Virus record (IMG/VR): IMGVR_UViG_3300028920_000034
Coordinates: 32,001 to 96,000 of that record
Source: a virus
DNA length: 64,000 nt
Reading direction: 5' to 3' (one strand)
The notes below the pieces were generated by a model. The model made no database searches. It saw only the letters and a list, made by a program, of their open reading frames with translations, and had not been told where the DNA came from. The position numbers and the translations under genes were made by a program. Below, in pieces: positions 8,644 through 17,631 of the stretch. How positions within the stretch are numbered: the first letter of the stretch is position 1; each line of letters opens with the position of its first letter.

Positions 8644-9200
8644 GGCTCGAGCACCTGTTTGAACACCTTGTACCGGTTGGTGCCCTCCCAGGTGATCCCG
8701 ATGGTGTACTCCGCCAGGTGCTCCGGGTCCGTGCCGGCCGGAGGGGGCTGGCCGCCATCGGTGGCAAGCTCCACGTCCGCCTTGGACTCGAAGAGGCGCA
8801 CGCGGGCCGCTACAAGCTGGCCATCTGCATCGTAGCTGGTGGTGTCGATGAAGATGTTTTCGTGGACCAGGCCCAGGGCGCGAGCCACCATCTGGTAGAT
8901 CTCGCTCTGCGAAGCGTCCACCACATCGTACTCCTCGTACCAGACCTGGAGATTGTAGTCGATCAACACCTCCACCAGCCAGAAGCCGGTGGCGTTGGGC
9001 GTCCAAGAGATTCGGTACTCGCCAAGATTATCAATCTCCGCGATTCCGTAGACGTAGCCGGTCTGCTCAACACCATCGTGGAAGATGGTGACAGTGAAGT
9101 CCCCGATGGTGAGCCCGCTGTGCTTCTGGCCGGAGCCGTCCGGTTCCCAGACTGGGAACTGGTCAATGACTCCTACGTTGACAGGTAGCTCTCTGCTCAT
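8640..9200 (-). CDS. Hypothetical structural protein
   Basis: 186 aa, Ig-like N-terminal pattern, in the structural operon. Confidence 0.6.
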   Translation of the reverse strand: MSRELPVNVGVIDQFPVWEPDGSGQKHSGLTIGDFTVTIFHDGVEQTGYVYGIAEIDNLGEYRISWTPNATGFWLVEVLIDYNLQVWYEEYDVVDASQSEIYQMVARALGLVHENIFIDTTSYDADGQLVAARVRLFESKADVELATDGGQPPPAGTDPEHLAEYTIGITWEGTNRYKVFKQVLEP

Positions 9201-9203
9201 GGT

Positions 9204-10211
9204 TCATGCCACCGCGCCATCGGACTTCCGTAGCCCGCGGAACTCGCTCACGTCCTTGAGAATGCTCGGCCACAGGAACCCATTGTACGATGCGAGGAGC
9301 ACGTTTTGGAAGGTAGCCGTTTCATAGCCCACGCCCATGGCCTTGGACATGAGAAGATGAACGGCCACGCCGATGAAAAAGCCCACCACCAGATTCATGA
9401 AATCGAACCGCTCGGTGGCAAGCCCGGCCGCCTGGCACCGGCGGCGCTCGAGGCTGTGGTCCCACACGAATCGGAGCACCACCCCGAGGAACGTGGTGAG
9501 GAAGTAGACGATCTCCGCGTACTTCTGCCAGATGCCCTTGCCCTTTCGATTCGCCACGTCCTTGCCCACGTTCCCAACGCCTGGCGCGAAGCCCTGACGC
9601 ATCACCTGGGGCCGCATGGGGGCAACACGCATCACGTCCTCGCGGAGCTTCACCACGTCCGTGATCGGCTTCTTGTCTGCCTCGAGCACCGCCCGGGCCT
9701 CCTTGGACCCGAGCTCGAGGCACCTCACACCGTCCTTTGTGACGTGTACGATCCTCCCCGGGTCACACCGGTCCATGGGGTTGTCGATGGGATCCACCCC
9801 GTCATCAGTGACCACGATCACCACCTGCATCCGGCGCCCGCGCCGCCGCCTCGATGGCCCCATGGCACTCATGGCTTCGGGCCGCATGGCGTCCATGTCG
9901 GCGCTCACCCCAGAGGTGCGTTTGGGTTTCGTCTTGGTGGCGCCATCTGACTCTCCGGCCATCAGTCTGATGGCAAGCGCCCCCAGGGCCGTGGCCACCA
10001 CCACACCGGTCGCCATCAGGCCCATCATCCAGCCCCTGGAAACGGCGTGTGAGCCCCTGAAGGCGTCCACCATAGCCTCGAGCTCCTGGGTCTCCCGGCC
10101 CGAGCCCGTGGCCACCTGGCGCCGCTTGCGCCGATTGAAGTAGGCGCGGTAGCCGGCAATGATTCCCCACATCGTGCCGATCATCGCCAGGAGGATCACA
10201 GTGGAAGTCAC
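9204..10211 (-). CDS. Multi-pass membrane protein (holin candidate)
   Basis: Four or five hydrophobic segments; GTGA overlap with the upstream gene. Confidence 0.55.
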   Translation of the reverse strand: MTSTVILLAMIGTMWGIIAGYRAYFNRRKRRQVATGSGRETQELEAMVDAFRGSHAVSRGWMMGLMATGVVVATALGALAIRLMAGESDGATKTKPKRTSGVSADMDAMRPEAMSAMGPSRRRRGRRMQVVIVVTDDGVDPIDNPMDRCDPGRIVHVTKDGVRCLELGSKEARAVLEADKKPITDVVKLREDVMRVAPMRPQVMRQGFAPGVGNVGKDVANRKGKGIWQKYAEIVYFLTTFLGVVLRFVWDHSLERRRCQAAGLATERFDFMNLVVGFFIGVAVHLLMSKAMGVGYETATFQNVLLASYNGFLWPSILKDVSEFRGLRKSDGAVA

Positions 10212-10747
10212 AGGGGCACCTCAATCTGCTCGAGCTCCGGGCAGCCGGACAGCCACACGCGAAGCTGGTCTGGTGTGGTGGCCTCGGGGTCAATGCGAAA
10301 CGAGCCGCCCACCCCGGCCGCCTGGAGCATGATGATCGCCGCCTCCTGGCACGCCCACCGGTTGGGGTTGCGCCATGGGCGCCTGAGCCAGCGTCCGAAC
10401 CAGCGCCGAAGGGCGTGCCAGAGCATCAGCCGGTAATCGTAGGGACGCCCGAGCTCGGCCGCCACGTGCTGGAGCCCCTTCAGGAGACTGATGCGCGCTT
10501 CCGCGTACACCCACACCCGCTTGCCCGGGTCCATGCGCTTCCACTTGGCCCAGGGGAGTACCCGGTATCCGGAGGCGCTGGCCTCGAGCACCAGGCGCTG
10601 CCCCAGCTTGCCGGAGTAGTAGCTCACCGAGGCGTGGCTTGCGCCCGCGGGGGCGCGCGTGAACCACCGGATGGCCCTCCCCAGGAAGGTCTCGGTGGTG
10701 CTCAAGATCACCCAGGTCCGCTGGTCTTCCGAAATTGGCACGCTCAT
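10208..10747 (-). CDS. Permuted NlpC/P60 (YiiX/YebB-like) papain-fold enzyme
   Basis: LGRAIRWFT..SHAS...VLEA..G...GRPYDY...WACQE, with His before Cys. Confidence 0.75.
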   Translation of the reverse strand: MSVPISEDQRTWVILSTTETFLGRAIRWFTRAPAGASHASVSYYSGKLGQRLVLEASASGYRVLPWAKWKRMDPGKRVWVYAEARISLLKGLQHVAAELGRPYDYRLMLWHALRRWFGRWLRRPWRNPNRWACQEAAIIMLQAAGVGGSFRIDPEATTPDQLRVWLSGCPELEQIEVPL

Positions 10748-10805
10748 TGCTTCTGCTTAATTAACCTTATCTCCCCTCTTAGAAGAGAAGAGTCTTGAGG
10801 GTGTC
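10735..10805 (+). promoter_or_regulatory. Dispersed ~70-bp repeat, copy 1 (sigma54-type -24/-12 motif + TTAATTAA + hairpin)
   Basis: TTGGCACGCTCATTGCTTCTGCTTAATTAACCTTATCTCCCCTCTTAGAAGAGAAGAGTCTTGAGGGTGTC. Confidence 0.8.
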
Positions 10806-11410
10806 TACTCGCCGTTCCCCTTCTCGACCGGGCTGATGGACAGGCGAGCTCGCCGGATCAGGGCCTCATCGCTGCCACCCAGACGACGCCAGTTGATGGC
10901 CAGCACCGGCTCACCTCCGGCGGGGAACGGGGCGATGGCCGAACCACTGAACGCGCGCCACTGGTTCAGGTCGGTCACGTCCGTGCCGCGCTCCGTACCG
11001 TTGAGGGTCATCTGGGCGAACGCCCCGGTGTTGGGCGTACCGCTCAGGAGCTTGATCTCGCAGTACCACGTGACCAGGTACTCGCCCCCACTCAGCGGAG
11101 CGGACTGAAGCTCCAGCTTCTCCATCCAGGTCTGCCCAGTGGTGCCTTGCTCGTTCTCCGAGTAGGCATACTGCACATCGCTGGTCGTCTGCTCTCCGGT
11201 GTGGTTCGCAACCAGGTTGTCCAGTGCCGTCTTCTCGGCGGGTGAAAGCGGCCCCTCGAAGACGATGCTGCACACATCGCCGTCCACGTTGATCGCCTCC
11301 AGGGGGACGGTGATGGCCGATTCGGCGTTGATCTCTGCGTACAGCACAGAGGGGTTCACCTGGCCGTTCGGAAAGTCGTCTGCGATGCTGTAATCGTAGC
11401 TGGTGCTCAT
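10805..11410 (-). CDS. Virion structural protein (two-domain mosaic)
   Basis: ATG 11410 with GGAGG RBS. N-domain resembles that of 11458..12483; C-domain resembles that of 12483..13562. Confidence 0.65.
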   Translation of the reverse strand: MSTSYDYSIADDFPNGQVNPSVLYAEINAESAITVPLEAINVDGDVCSIVFEGPLSPAEKTALDNLVANHTGEQTTSDVQYAYSENEQGTTGQTWMEKLELQSAPLSGGEYLVTWYCEIKLLSGTPNTGAFAQMTLNGTERGTDVTDLNQWRAFSGSAIAPFPAGGEPVLAINWRRLGGSDEALIRRARLSISPVEKGNGE

Positions 11411-11457
11411 GAGAAACCTCCATAGAGCGTCAAGCAGCCAGTCGGCTGCGCCTGGGA

Positions 11458-12483
11458 TCACTTGTCATATTCCATGCAGTAGAACGTGACCGACACCACC
11501 TCGCCATCGAAGGCGTTGTGCTCCTCCAACCAAATGCGGATCTCGATGCCCTGCCCATCGATCAGCTCCCGCACCGGGCCAAAGTCGAACGGGATGTTCA
11601 CCACGTCGTACTCCAGGCCGCGCTTCGCTCCGCCCAGCGCCGGAGTGATCGGGAACACGCCGTTGGCCTCCTGAACCAAGTCGAACCACTTCTTGTAGAT
11701 GTGGCCCATGCTGACCGTGGGGCCGCCGATCACAGCCGGCTGGTACTGGAAGGTGTCGTTCATCGTAATGTCGGTGGTGAATTGCGCCTCCGACTTCTCA
11801 ATCCAGAGTTTTTTGCCTTCGTTCGGCCGCATGTAGAACGTGGACCCGTTCTCGTAGCTGTAGTCCGCCGTGACCGTCTTGCCCGCCTGCGACTCAGCGA
11901 ACGTCACCGTGCCGCTCTCGTAGTCGATGGTGTAGTCGCCGCCCTCGTCCTTGAACGCCGGCCGCTCGGCTTTCTCCACGCCGTCCACGTAGACCTTGGC
12001 CAGATACGGTGCGCTCACCCGGTCCTCGCGGAACACCCGGCCGTGAGCCAGATCGATCCAGTTGTCGTGCGGGCTATTGAACGTGAGCCCGTCACCGGAA
12101 TCGGTGAGCGATCCGCCTTCCACGCGCTCGCTGTCACCATACCAGGTACATGGGTCGGTCCACAGGTGCGTCACGATCAGTCGCGCCTCTCCATCGTGCT
12201 GTGGCTCCTTCACCGTGACCAGGCGGTTCTGTGAATCCAGTTGCGCCGTGGGATTCGGAAGCGGCTCGCCACTGTGGGCTGCCACCACACCATCCAGCGT
12301 CGTCTGCTCCCCGGCCGAAAGCTCTGCCTTGAACCAAATATCGCAGTCGTCACCGTTGACGTTGATGTAGTCTAGGGCCACCGTGATGGTGCTCGCTTGG
12401 ATCTCCTGGGTGAGCCGGTCGGACGCGACCTTGCCGCTCGGGAAATCCTCGCTGACGCTGTAGCTGTACTTGGTGTCCGCCAT
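11458..12483 (-). CDS. Virion structural protein
   Basis: 341 aa; N-terminus YSYSVSEDFPSGKV shared with the neighbouring gene; YTIDYESGTVTF beta module. Confidence 0.65.
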   Translation of the reverse strand: MADTKYSYSVSEDFPSGKVASDRLTQEIQASTITVALDYINVNGDDCDIWFKAELSAGEQTTLDGVVAAHSGEPLPNPTAQLDSQNRLVTVKEPQHDGEARLIVTHLWTDPCTWYGDSERVEGGSLTDSGDGLTFNSPHDNWIDLAHGRVFREDRVSAPYLAKVYVDGVEKAERPAFKDEGGDYTIDYESGTVTFAESQAGKTVTADYSYENGSTFYMRPNEGKKLWIEKSEAQFTTDITMNDTFQYQPAVIGGPTVSMGHIYKKWFDLVQEANGVFPITPALGGAKRGLEYDVVNIPFDFGPVRELIDGQGIEIRIWLEEHNAFDGEVVSVTFYCMEYDK

Positions 12484-13562
12484 TAGATCACTCTCCAGAT
12501 TTCCAAACGAGCACGCTTGATTGATGCCGTGTTTCCGCCACTGCTCGCGCAGTAGTCAATGTCAATTTCATGCGACCCGGCCCCCAGGGTCACGTGGCCG
12601 AAGCCAGAGGCCGGATGCGACTGGTTGCCTCCTGGGTCCTTGGGCTCCTGGCGCTGCTCTGCCAGGGTAGTGGTGTCGTCCACTTGGACCCGGCCACGGA
12701 AGTCCTGGCTGGCCAGGCTGTACCGCCACTCATAGGACCAGCCAATCCGGTACGTGCCAGCCGGGAGCGACGGCGTGGTCAGCTTCAGCTTTTGCTGCCA
12801 AGCCGTACTGGTGGTACTTGATTCGCTGTCGCTGGCCGACTCCTGAAACTCGGAACCGAACACGACGGACAGTGGCGTTGGAGCCCACGCGGAACCACTC
12901 CAGGCAAGCACCTCGTCTGCCGATGGTTCCGTCGCAGATACGTTCCGGCCCTGTAGCTTGTCTGCGTCCTGTTTGTCGGCCAGAACGCCGTTCAGACCAG
13001 CTACGCTGATCTCGTCTGCTCCGCCGTCCTGGTGAGTCGATGCGTGATTGGAAGGTGTCTGCGGGTCTGCCAGCGTCCCAGATAGGCCGGTCACGCTGAT
13101 TTCGTCGCTGCCTCCATCCTCATGCGTCGAGCCGTGGCCCGATGGTGTCTGCGGGTCGGCCAGGGTGCCAGATAGGCCAGCCACGCTGATCTCGTCGCTG
13201 CCGCCGTTCTGGTGACTTGCTGCGTGCGCGTTGGGATCACGGGGACTGCTCGCATCGTCCAACGTGGCATCGGAGATCTTGGTGTTCAGGTTGGCCAGCG
13301 TGTCGGCCAGGTGCTCGGAGCCACCGATCAGGTGAGCCTCCACCGCAGCCGTGAGCGTATCCCACGCCGTGTTGCCATCGTTGCGGCGATACAGCTTGGA
13401 GTCCGTGGTGCGCCAGAACAGCTCCTTCGGCTCAGGGCTCGCAGGCAGGGTGCTCCCAGACGGAACAATGAGAATACCACCATCGTCCCGGTCGAATTCA
13501 TACACCCCGGCGATGACCTTGCTGGTGGAGTCGTCAATGACGACAATCGTTGCTCCGCTCAT
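12483..13562 (-). CDS. Tail-fibre-like protein with His-containing repeats
   Basis: Three 30-aa repeats HxxxHxxGGxDEISVxGLxGxLAD; LQGRNVSATEPSADEVLAWSGSAWAP fibre motif. Confidence 0.65.
   Translation of the reverse strand: MSGATIVVIDDSTSKVIAGVYEFDRDDGGILIVPSGSTLPASPEPKELFWRTTDSKLYRRNDGNTAWDTLTAAVEAHLIGGSEHLADTLANLNTKISDATLDDASSPRDPNAHAASHQNGGSDEISVAGLSGTLADPQTPSGHGSTHEDGGSDEISVTGLSGTLADPQTPSNHASTHQDGGADEISVAGLNGVLADKQDADKLQGRNVSATEPSADEVLAWSGSAWAPTPLSVVFGSEFQESASDSESSTTSTAWQQKLKLTTPSLPAGTYRIGWSYEWRYSLASQDFRGRVQVDDTTTLAEQRQEPKDPGGNQSHPASGFGHVTLGAGSHEIDIDYCASSGGNTASIKRARLEIWRVI
12960..13226 (-). repeat. Three ~90-bp in-frame tandem repeats
   Basis: Encode HAASHQNGGSDEISVAGLSGTLADPQTPS and two variants. 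Confidence 0.75.
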
Positions 13563-14113
13563 GTAAGCACCGCCGTCTGGCTGGCCAGCTTTCCGCCGCT
13601 CCAGGTGTACGTGATCGTCAGTGTCTCCACAGCGACACCGCTCCCATCGTACTGAATGATCACTTCGGTGGCCACCCGGCTCCCGCTGTAGGTGTACTGG
13701 TACTCGCGCACCTTCAACGTCTTGGTAACGTCGGTCCAGTAGGTCATGTTGGTGAGCCTGGCACCGCTCCAGGTGTTCTCCAGGTAGTAGCTCTCGGCCA
13801 CATCGTGTACGAGCTGGTCCAGCACCCTGTGGGTTGCCGGCGTGAGCCCGCCACCACCTGTAGCTAGATCGGTAAGGGTCAGAGGCGTGGTGTTCTCCAC
13901 GTCCTCGAAGGTCATGCGGTCCGCGCCGTCCTGGGACAGCTTGACCGTCTTGCGGATGGTGGTGTCCGGAGATGGGCGCTGGGGGTAGATTCCACGGGCA
14001 GCGAGCACATCTTCCCAGGGATTCACCTCCCCTGGGGTGTAGTCGGTCTCGGTGCCTCCGCTGCTAGGACTTTCCCACTTTACAGGGAGTACCGCATCGC
14101 CATCGGTGCCCAT
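13559..14113 (-). CDS. Virion structural protein
   Basis: 184 aa with GGAGG RBS; beta-rich YTYSG C-terminus. Confidence 0.6.
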   Translation of the reverse strand: MGTDGDAVLPVKWESPSSGGTETDYTPGEVNPWEDVLAARGIYPQRPSPDTTIRKTVKLSQDGADRMTFEDVENTTPLTLTDLATGGGGLTPATHRVLDQLVHDVAESYYLENTWSGARLTNMTYWTDVTKTLKVREYQYTYSGSRVATEVIIQYDGSGVAVETLTITYTWSGGKLASQTAVLT

Positions 14114-14134
14114 CTGCGGCCTCCAATCTGGAAG

Positions 14135-14160
14135 GCCGGGCAGCCCTATCGCTGCCCGGC
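14135..14160. terminator. Intergenic GC-rich stem-loop
   Basis: GCCGGGCAGC-CCTATC-GCTGCCCGGC; no strong U-tract. Confidence 0.45.
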
Positions 14161-14171
14161 TCCAGGTTGCG

Positions 14172-15572
14172 CTACACGCGCTTGGTGCCCAGGTCCATCA
14201 CCTGCACGTCCAGGTCGGATCCGTTGGCGGCATAGCCCATGCGGACCACGCGGCCCGGGGTGGGGATGCTGCCGAAGGTCACCAGGGCGCCAGCCGTGCC
14301 CAGGAAGTAGGGCGTGTTGACCGTGGCGCCACTCAGGCACCCGGTACAGATCCCATGCTTCACCACGTCGCTGGTACCGGGGTTGGCCCCGCCGCCCGTC
14401 TGGGCCACACCGATGGTCCGGGAGTTGGCCGGGGTGGCGATGGGCGCGTTGTCCGCGTGCTGGATCTCGTTGTTGACCGCGCTCCACCGGACCGCACGGC
14501 CACTGGTGACGGCCGCGTTGTTCAAGTGCGTGTCGAGCACCTTTTTGGCGCTGGACACCGCGGAAATGGTGTGGGTGTGCAGCGAGTCCGCGTTGGACGT
14601 GGGGCCCGCCGTGAGGGTGTTCAGGTTGGCCGCCGTCACGTTGGCGCTCACGGCCACGTCGTTGATCTTGAACAGGCTCGGCACACCGACCACCTTGAGC
14701 CCGTCGCCGTCCACGTCCAGGGTGTCCGGAGTGTCGTCCAGCTCGAGCTCCACGCCGCTGGTGCCAAGCACCAGGCCGTGGGCGCCGTCCACCAGGACGC
14801 GGAGCTGCTTGTCCGGCGAGGTGCCGGTGAGCTCGAGGCCCGGCGTGGTGGCCAGGTCGATGCCCACGCTGTCCGTGGGGAGCTCGGTGATACCGTCACC
14901 GAAGTTGACGGACAGCACGTTGCCGGTCAGGTCCAGGCCGGCGCCCGCGGTGAAGTTGCCGCCGGAGAACTGGATCCAGGTGTTGGTATCGTAGACGAAC
15001 GCCTTGTTCTCGTAGATGGACTGCTCACCGTTGATCAGGATGGCCCAGCCGTCCGTGGTGGTATCGAAGCTCCAGGAGTCCCCGGTGGCATCGTAGGTGC
15101 CGATGTTGTTCTCTTCGCTGGCGAACGATCCGGCGGCGCCGGTGCCGATCACCACCACCCGGGTGCCGTCCGGGGGCTCGCCGCCGGAGTTGGCCACCAC
15201 CACGTTCCACTGGGAGCCGTCCCACTCCACAATGTCCCCGTCCGTCTGGGTGCTCCAGTTGTTTACCAGGTAAGCGTCACCGGCCGCCGGCGCCGCGGGG
15301 TCGGATCCGCCCTGGTCTGCGTCGGACACGATCTTGAGCACAGCCGCCGGATCCTTCCATGCCAGACCCGAGGCCACGCTATCCACGTAGGCTTTCGATG
15401 CCGCCGCCGTGTCGCCGCTGGGTGTACCCGGTAGACCGGTCACCTCGTTCGATCCCATGGCAATGTCGCCATTCATCACGATGCCAGCGAGGGTGAGCTC
15501 GTCCGCCGTGGGGTCGTGCTGATCGTGGAATCCGTTGCTCGGATCCAGCTTGAAAAATCTGACTTGGGCCAT
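14172..15572 (-). CDS. Fibre/whisker-like structural protein
   Basis: AASKAYVDSVASGL, WDGSQW, FTAGAGLDLTGNVLSV, SLHTH and a C-terminal cement-like domain (GLSG..Y.LG..G). Confidence 0.7.
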   Translation of the reverse strand: MAQVRFFKLDPSNGFHDQHDPTADELTLAGIVMNGDIAMGSNEVTGLPGTPSGDTAAASKAYVDSVASGLAWKDPAAVLKIVSDADQGGSDPAAPAAGDAYLVNNWSTQTDGDIVEWDGSQWNVVVANSGGEPPDGTRVVVIGTGAAGSFASEENNIGTYDATGDSWSFDTTTDGWAILINGEQSIYENKAFVYDTNTWIQFSGGNFTAGAGLDLTGNVLSVNFGDGITELPTDSVGIDLATTPGLELTGTSPDKQLRVLVDGAHGLVLGTSGVELELDDTPDTLDVDGDGLKVVGVPSLFKINDVAVSANVTAANLNTLTAGPTSNADSLHTHTISAVSSAKKVLDTHLNNAAVTSGRAVRWSAVNNEIQHADNAPIATPANSRTIGVAQTGGGANPGTSDVVKHGICTGCLSGATVNTPYFLGTAGALVTFGSIPTPGRVVRMGYAANGSDLDVQVMDLGTKRV

Positions 15573-15599
15573 GTCTCGGTGCTCCTGTCCAGAAGATGG

Positions 15600-16160
15600 T
15601 TAGACCACCCGACTGTTCAGGAATTCGGCTTCCGCCTCGTCCTCAGATCCAGATTCGGGTGATTCGGTTTTCTTGGGCTGGCTGGCCTGTTGAGACGGCT
15701 TCTGATTGCCGATCTCGTTCAGGTCACCCATGTAGATGATCTTGCCGTCCGACTGCCAGGTGTAGTTCTGAAGGTTGATCCCGAGCTTGTTCTCGAGCTC
15801 CCCCAAAAACACCTTCATCTCGTTGTCCGCCTGGCGAACCTCCGCCTCCGCGGAGTTGATCTCGGCCCGCTTGGCTGCCTTTTGTGCGATGTGATCCCGC
15901 ATGAGGATCTCGAGCCCTTGCCTGGCGTTCAGGAGCTTCGCCTGGGTGCCGTTCACCCGCTCCACCATGAACTTGCTCATGAGCCAGTCGCGCTCCTCGA
16001 GGGTAATCTCAGCGAGCGGATGGAGCTCGTCCTTGTCCGCAGGCTCTGGCACAGACTTGGCCTTGGCCGGCTTCTTCTTGGAAGCCGCCTTGCGCTTCGT
16101 GGTGCGCTTCTTGGCCGGAGCCTTTTTTGAACGGGTGGATTTCGATGCCTTCGTTGTCAT
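15600..16160 (-). CDS. Hypothetical protein with Lys-rich N-terminus and coiled coil
   Basis: ATG 16160 with GGAGG RBS; histone-like KKAPAKK tail; preceded by its own sigma70-like promoter. Confidence 0.65.
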   Translation of the reverse strand: MTTKASKSTRSKKAPAKKRTTKRKAASKKKPAKAKSVPEPADKDELHPLAEITLEERDWLMSKFMVERVNGTQAKLLNARQGLEILMRDHIAQKAAKRAEINSAEAEVRQADNEMKVFLGELENKLGINLQNYTWQSDGKIIYMGDLNEIGNQKPSQQASQPKKTESPESGSEDEAEAEFLNSRVV

Positions 16161-16222
16161 CTTCGCCTCCAATCGGGTTTCCCTTTGGTGGGATTCGAAT
16201 CTTGATTTGGATCTCGGGCATC

Positions 16223-16251
16223 ATTGTACCCGTAACCCATGGCCGAGACAA
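16223..16251 (-). promoter_or_regulatory. sigma70-type internal promoter
   Basis: Minus strand TTGTCT-17 nt-TACAAT; palindrome GATTCGAATC at 16192-16201 just downstream. Confidence 0.5.
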
Positions 16252-16256
16252 CAGTA

Positions 16257-16673
16257 TCAGGAACGTCTGATGGTGATGAGAGTGTCGGGTCTCACGTGGA
16301 ACCGGTCATCGCCTAGGGACCGGCCCATGAATTGGATCCAAGAGTAGCCGTTGGGGCCCACCACGGGCGGAGCTGCCTCGAGGCCCCCGGTGCCCCCCAC
16401 CATGTAGCCGTGGCCGCGCTGGAGTCCGGACAGGATCCCATGCGGTAGGATCCCATCTGTTTGTACTAGGCATGAAGTAGGAGATAGCTTGCGGATCACA
16501 ATGCCAAACGCTGGCATCTTGTCCTCGTCCCACGCCTCCGCCTTTTCGACTGGGTACACGTAGCCGGAGGGGTCACCTGTGAGGTAGACCGGATCCCCGA
16601 CCGATTCCGCCGCGGTGCAGGAGCCGCGGACGATGGAGCCGGCCGTTGACGCTACGGTGTTTCGTTGGCGCAT
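16257..16673 (-). CDS. Cement/DUF2190-like small structural protein
   Basis: VGDPVYL...KA.A......PAFGIV....C.V...G....L..G..Y.VG..G pattern. Confidence 0.6.
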   Translation of the reverse strand: MRQRNTVASTAGSIVRGSCTAAESVGDPVYLTGDPSGYVYPVEKAEAWDEDKMPAFGIVIRKLSPTSCLVQTDGILPHGILSGLQRGHGYMVGGTGGLEAAPPVVGPNGYSWIQFMGRSLGDDRFHVRPDTLITIRRS

Positions 16674-16825
16674 CGGGCCGCATCATACCGTGAGTGCGTG
16701 GAGTTTCGCCAGGAGCGTGTCCATGCGCTCCACGAACGCCTGGCGCCGCTTGGTGGTCTCGCGGTCCTGACGGATCTGCTTTGCCACCACCGGTGAGACC
16801 GATTCAGCCAGATCGATCACACCGG

Positions 16826-17293
16826 TTATCTCCTGCTCATCCCATTCCGCTGGAGGAGGAAGTTCAGGGTCTGAATCACATTCTCCACCTTCGCATCCAG
16901 CCGGGCATCCGTGATCGCCTTCGCGTCCTCCACCTTGTCCCGGAGGGCTTCCAGGCGGTCGTGTTCCACCTGAGTCATGTAGACGCTCCGGCACGATCTC
17001 TGATGCTCCGAGATGGTAGTAGCCTGGGCCGAGATCTGCGCCACCAGCCTGTTGGCCTTGCTCCAGAGCTGCTCCTCCACCGTTCTCCTCTCGTTCCGTT
17101 CTCGCTCGAAGGATTTTTCTAAGTTCTCCAGTATCACGACTATTTTGAGGAGCTCCTCCATGTCCGTCTGGAGATCCTCTATCTCCTTGTCCTTCCGGCG
17201 GATCTCCCTCAGAGCCACCCAGCCTATGATTGCGAAGATAGCTGAGAGCAGTGCTCCGGCGGTTGTCACTATCGGTCCGATCCACTGGTTCAT
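16826..17293 (-). CDS. Membrane-anchored coiled-coil protein
   Basis: N-terminal TM (WIGPIVTTAGALLSAIFAIIGWVAL) followed by a long heptad region. Confidence 0.6.
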   Translation of the reverse strand: MNQWIGPIVTTAGALLSAIFAIIGWVALREIRRKDKEIEDLQTDMEELLKIVVILENLEKSFERERNERRTVEEQLWSKANRLVAQISAQATTISEHQRSCRSVYMTQVEHDRLEALRDKVEDAKAITDARLDAKVENVIQTLNFLLQRNGMSRR

Positions 17294-17324
17294 GGTGCTT
17301 ACCGTTTGCCATCGCGTCCCCTCG

Positions 17325-17627
17325 CTACAGCACCTCGTCCAGGTAATCGGCCAGCCGTTTGCGGCGGGCAAAATCGTCCTCGACTTTGCCGATCTCCTCG
17401 AGCTTGGCTCGCTCCACGGAGCTCTTGGCCTCTACCTTGGCGCGTTCGATGGTGGCGTCGGTTTCGGCCTTGAGGATCTCCTTGCGGGCCTTCACGGTGA
17501 AGGTCTCGGCCGGAGCCGGTTTGGGGCTTTTTCGTAAGAGTAGATACAAAACAAGTCCGCCCACTGTCACCAGCACCAACACCAGGACCCACCACCACTT
17601 TCGGATCCACGCTTTGAAGCGGGCCAT
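17325..17627 (-). CDS. Single-TM protein with coiled coil (lysis-accessory candidate)
   Basis: KWWWVLVLVLVTVGGLVLYLLL followed by a charged helix. Confidence 0.65.
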   Translation of the reverse strand: MARFKAWIRKWWWVLVLVLVTVGGLVLYLLLRKSPKPAPAETFTVKARKEILKAETDATIERAKVEAKSSVERAKLEEIGKVEDDFARRKRLADYLDEVL

Positions 17628-17631
17628 GGTG

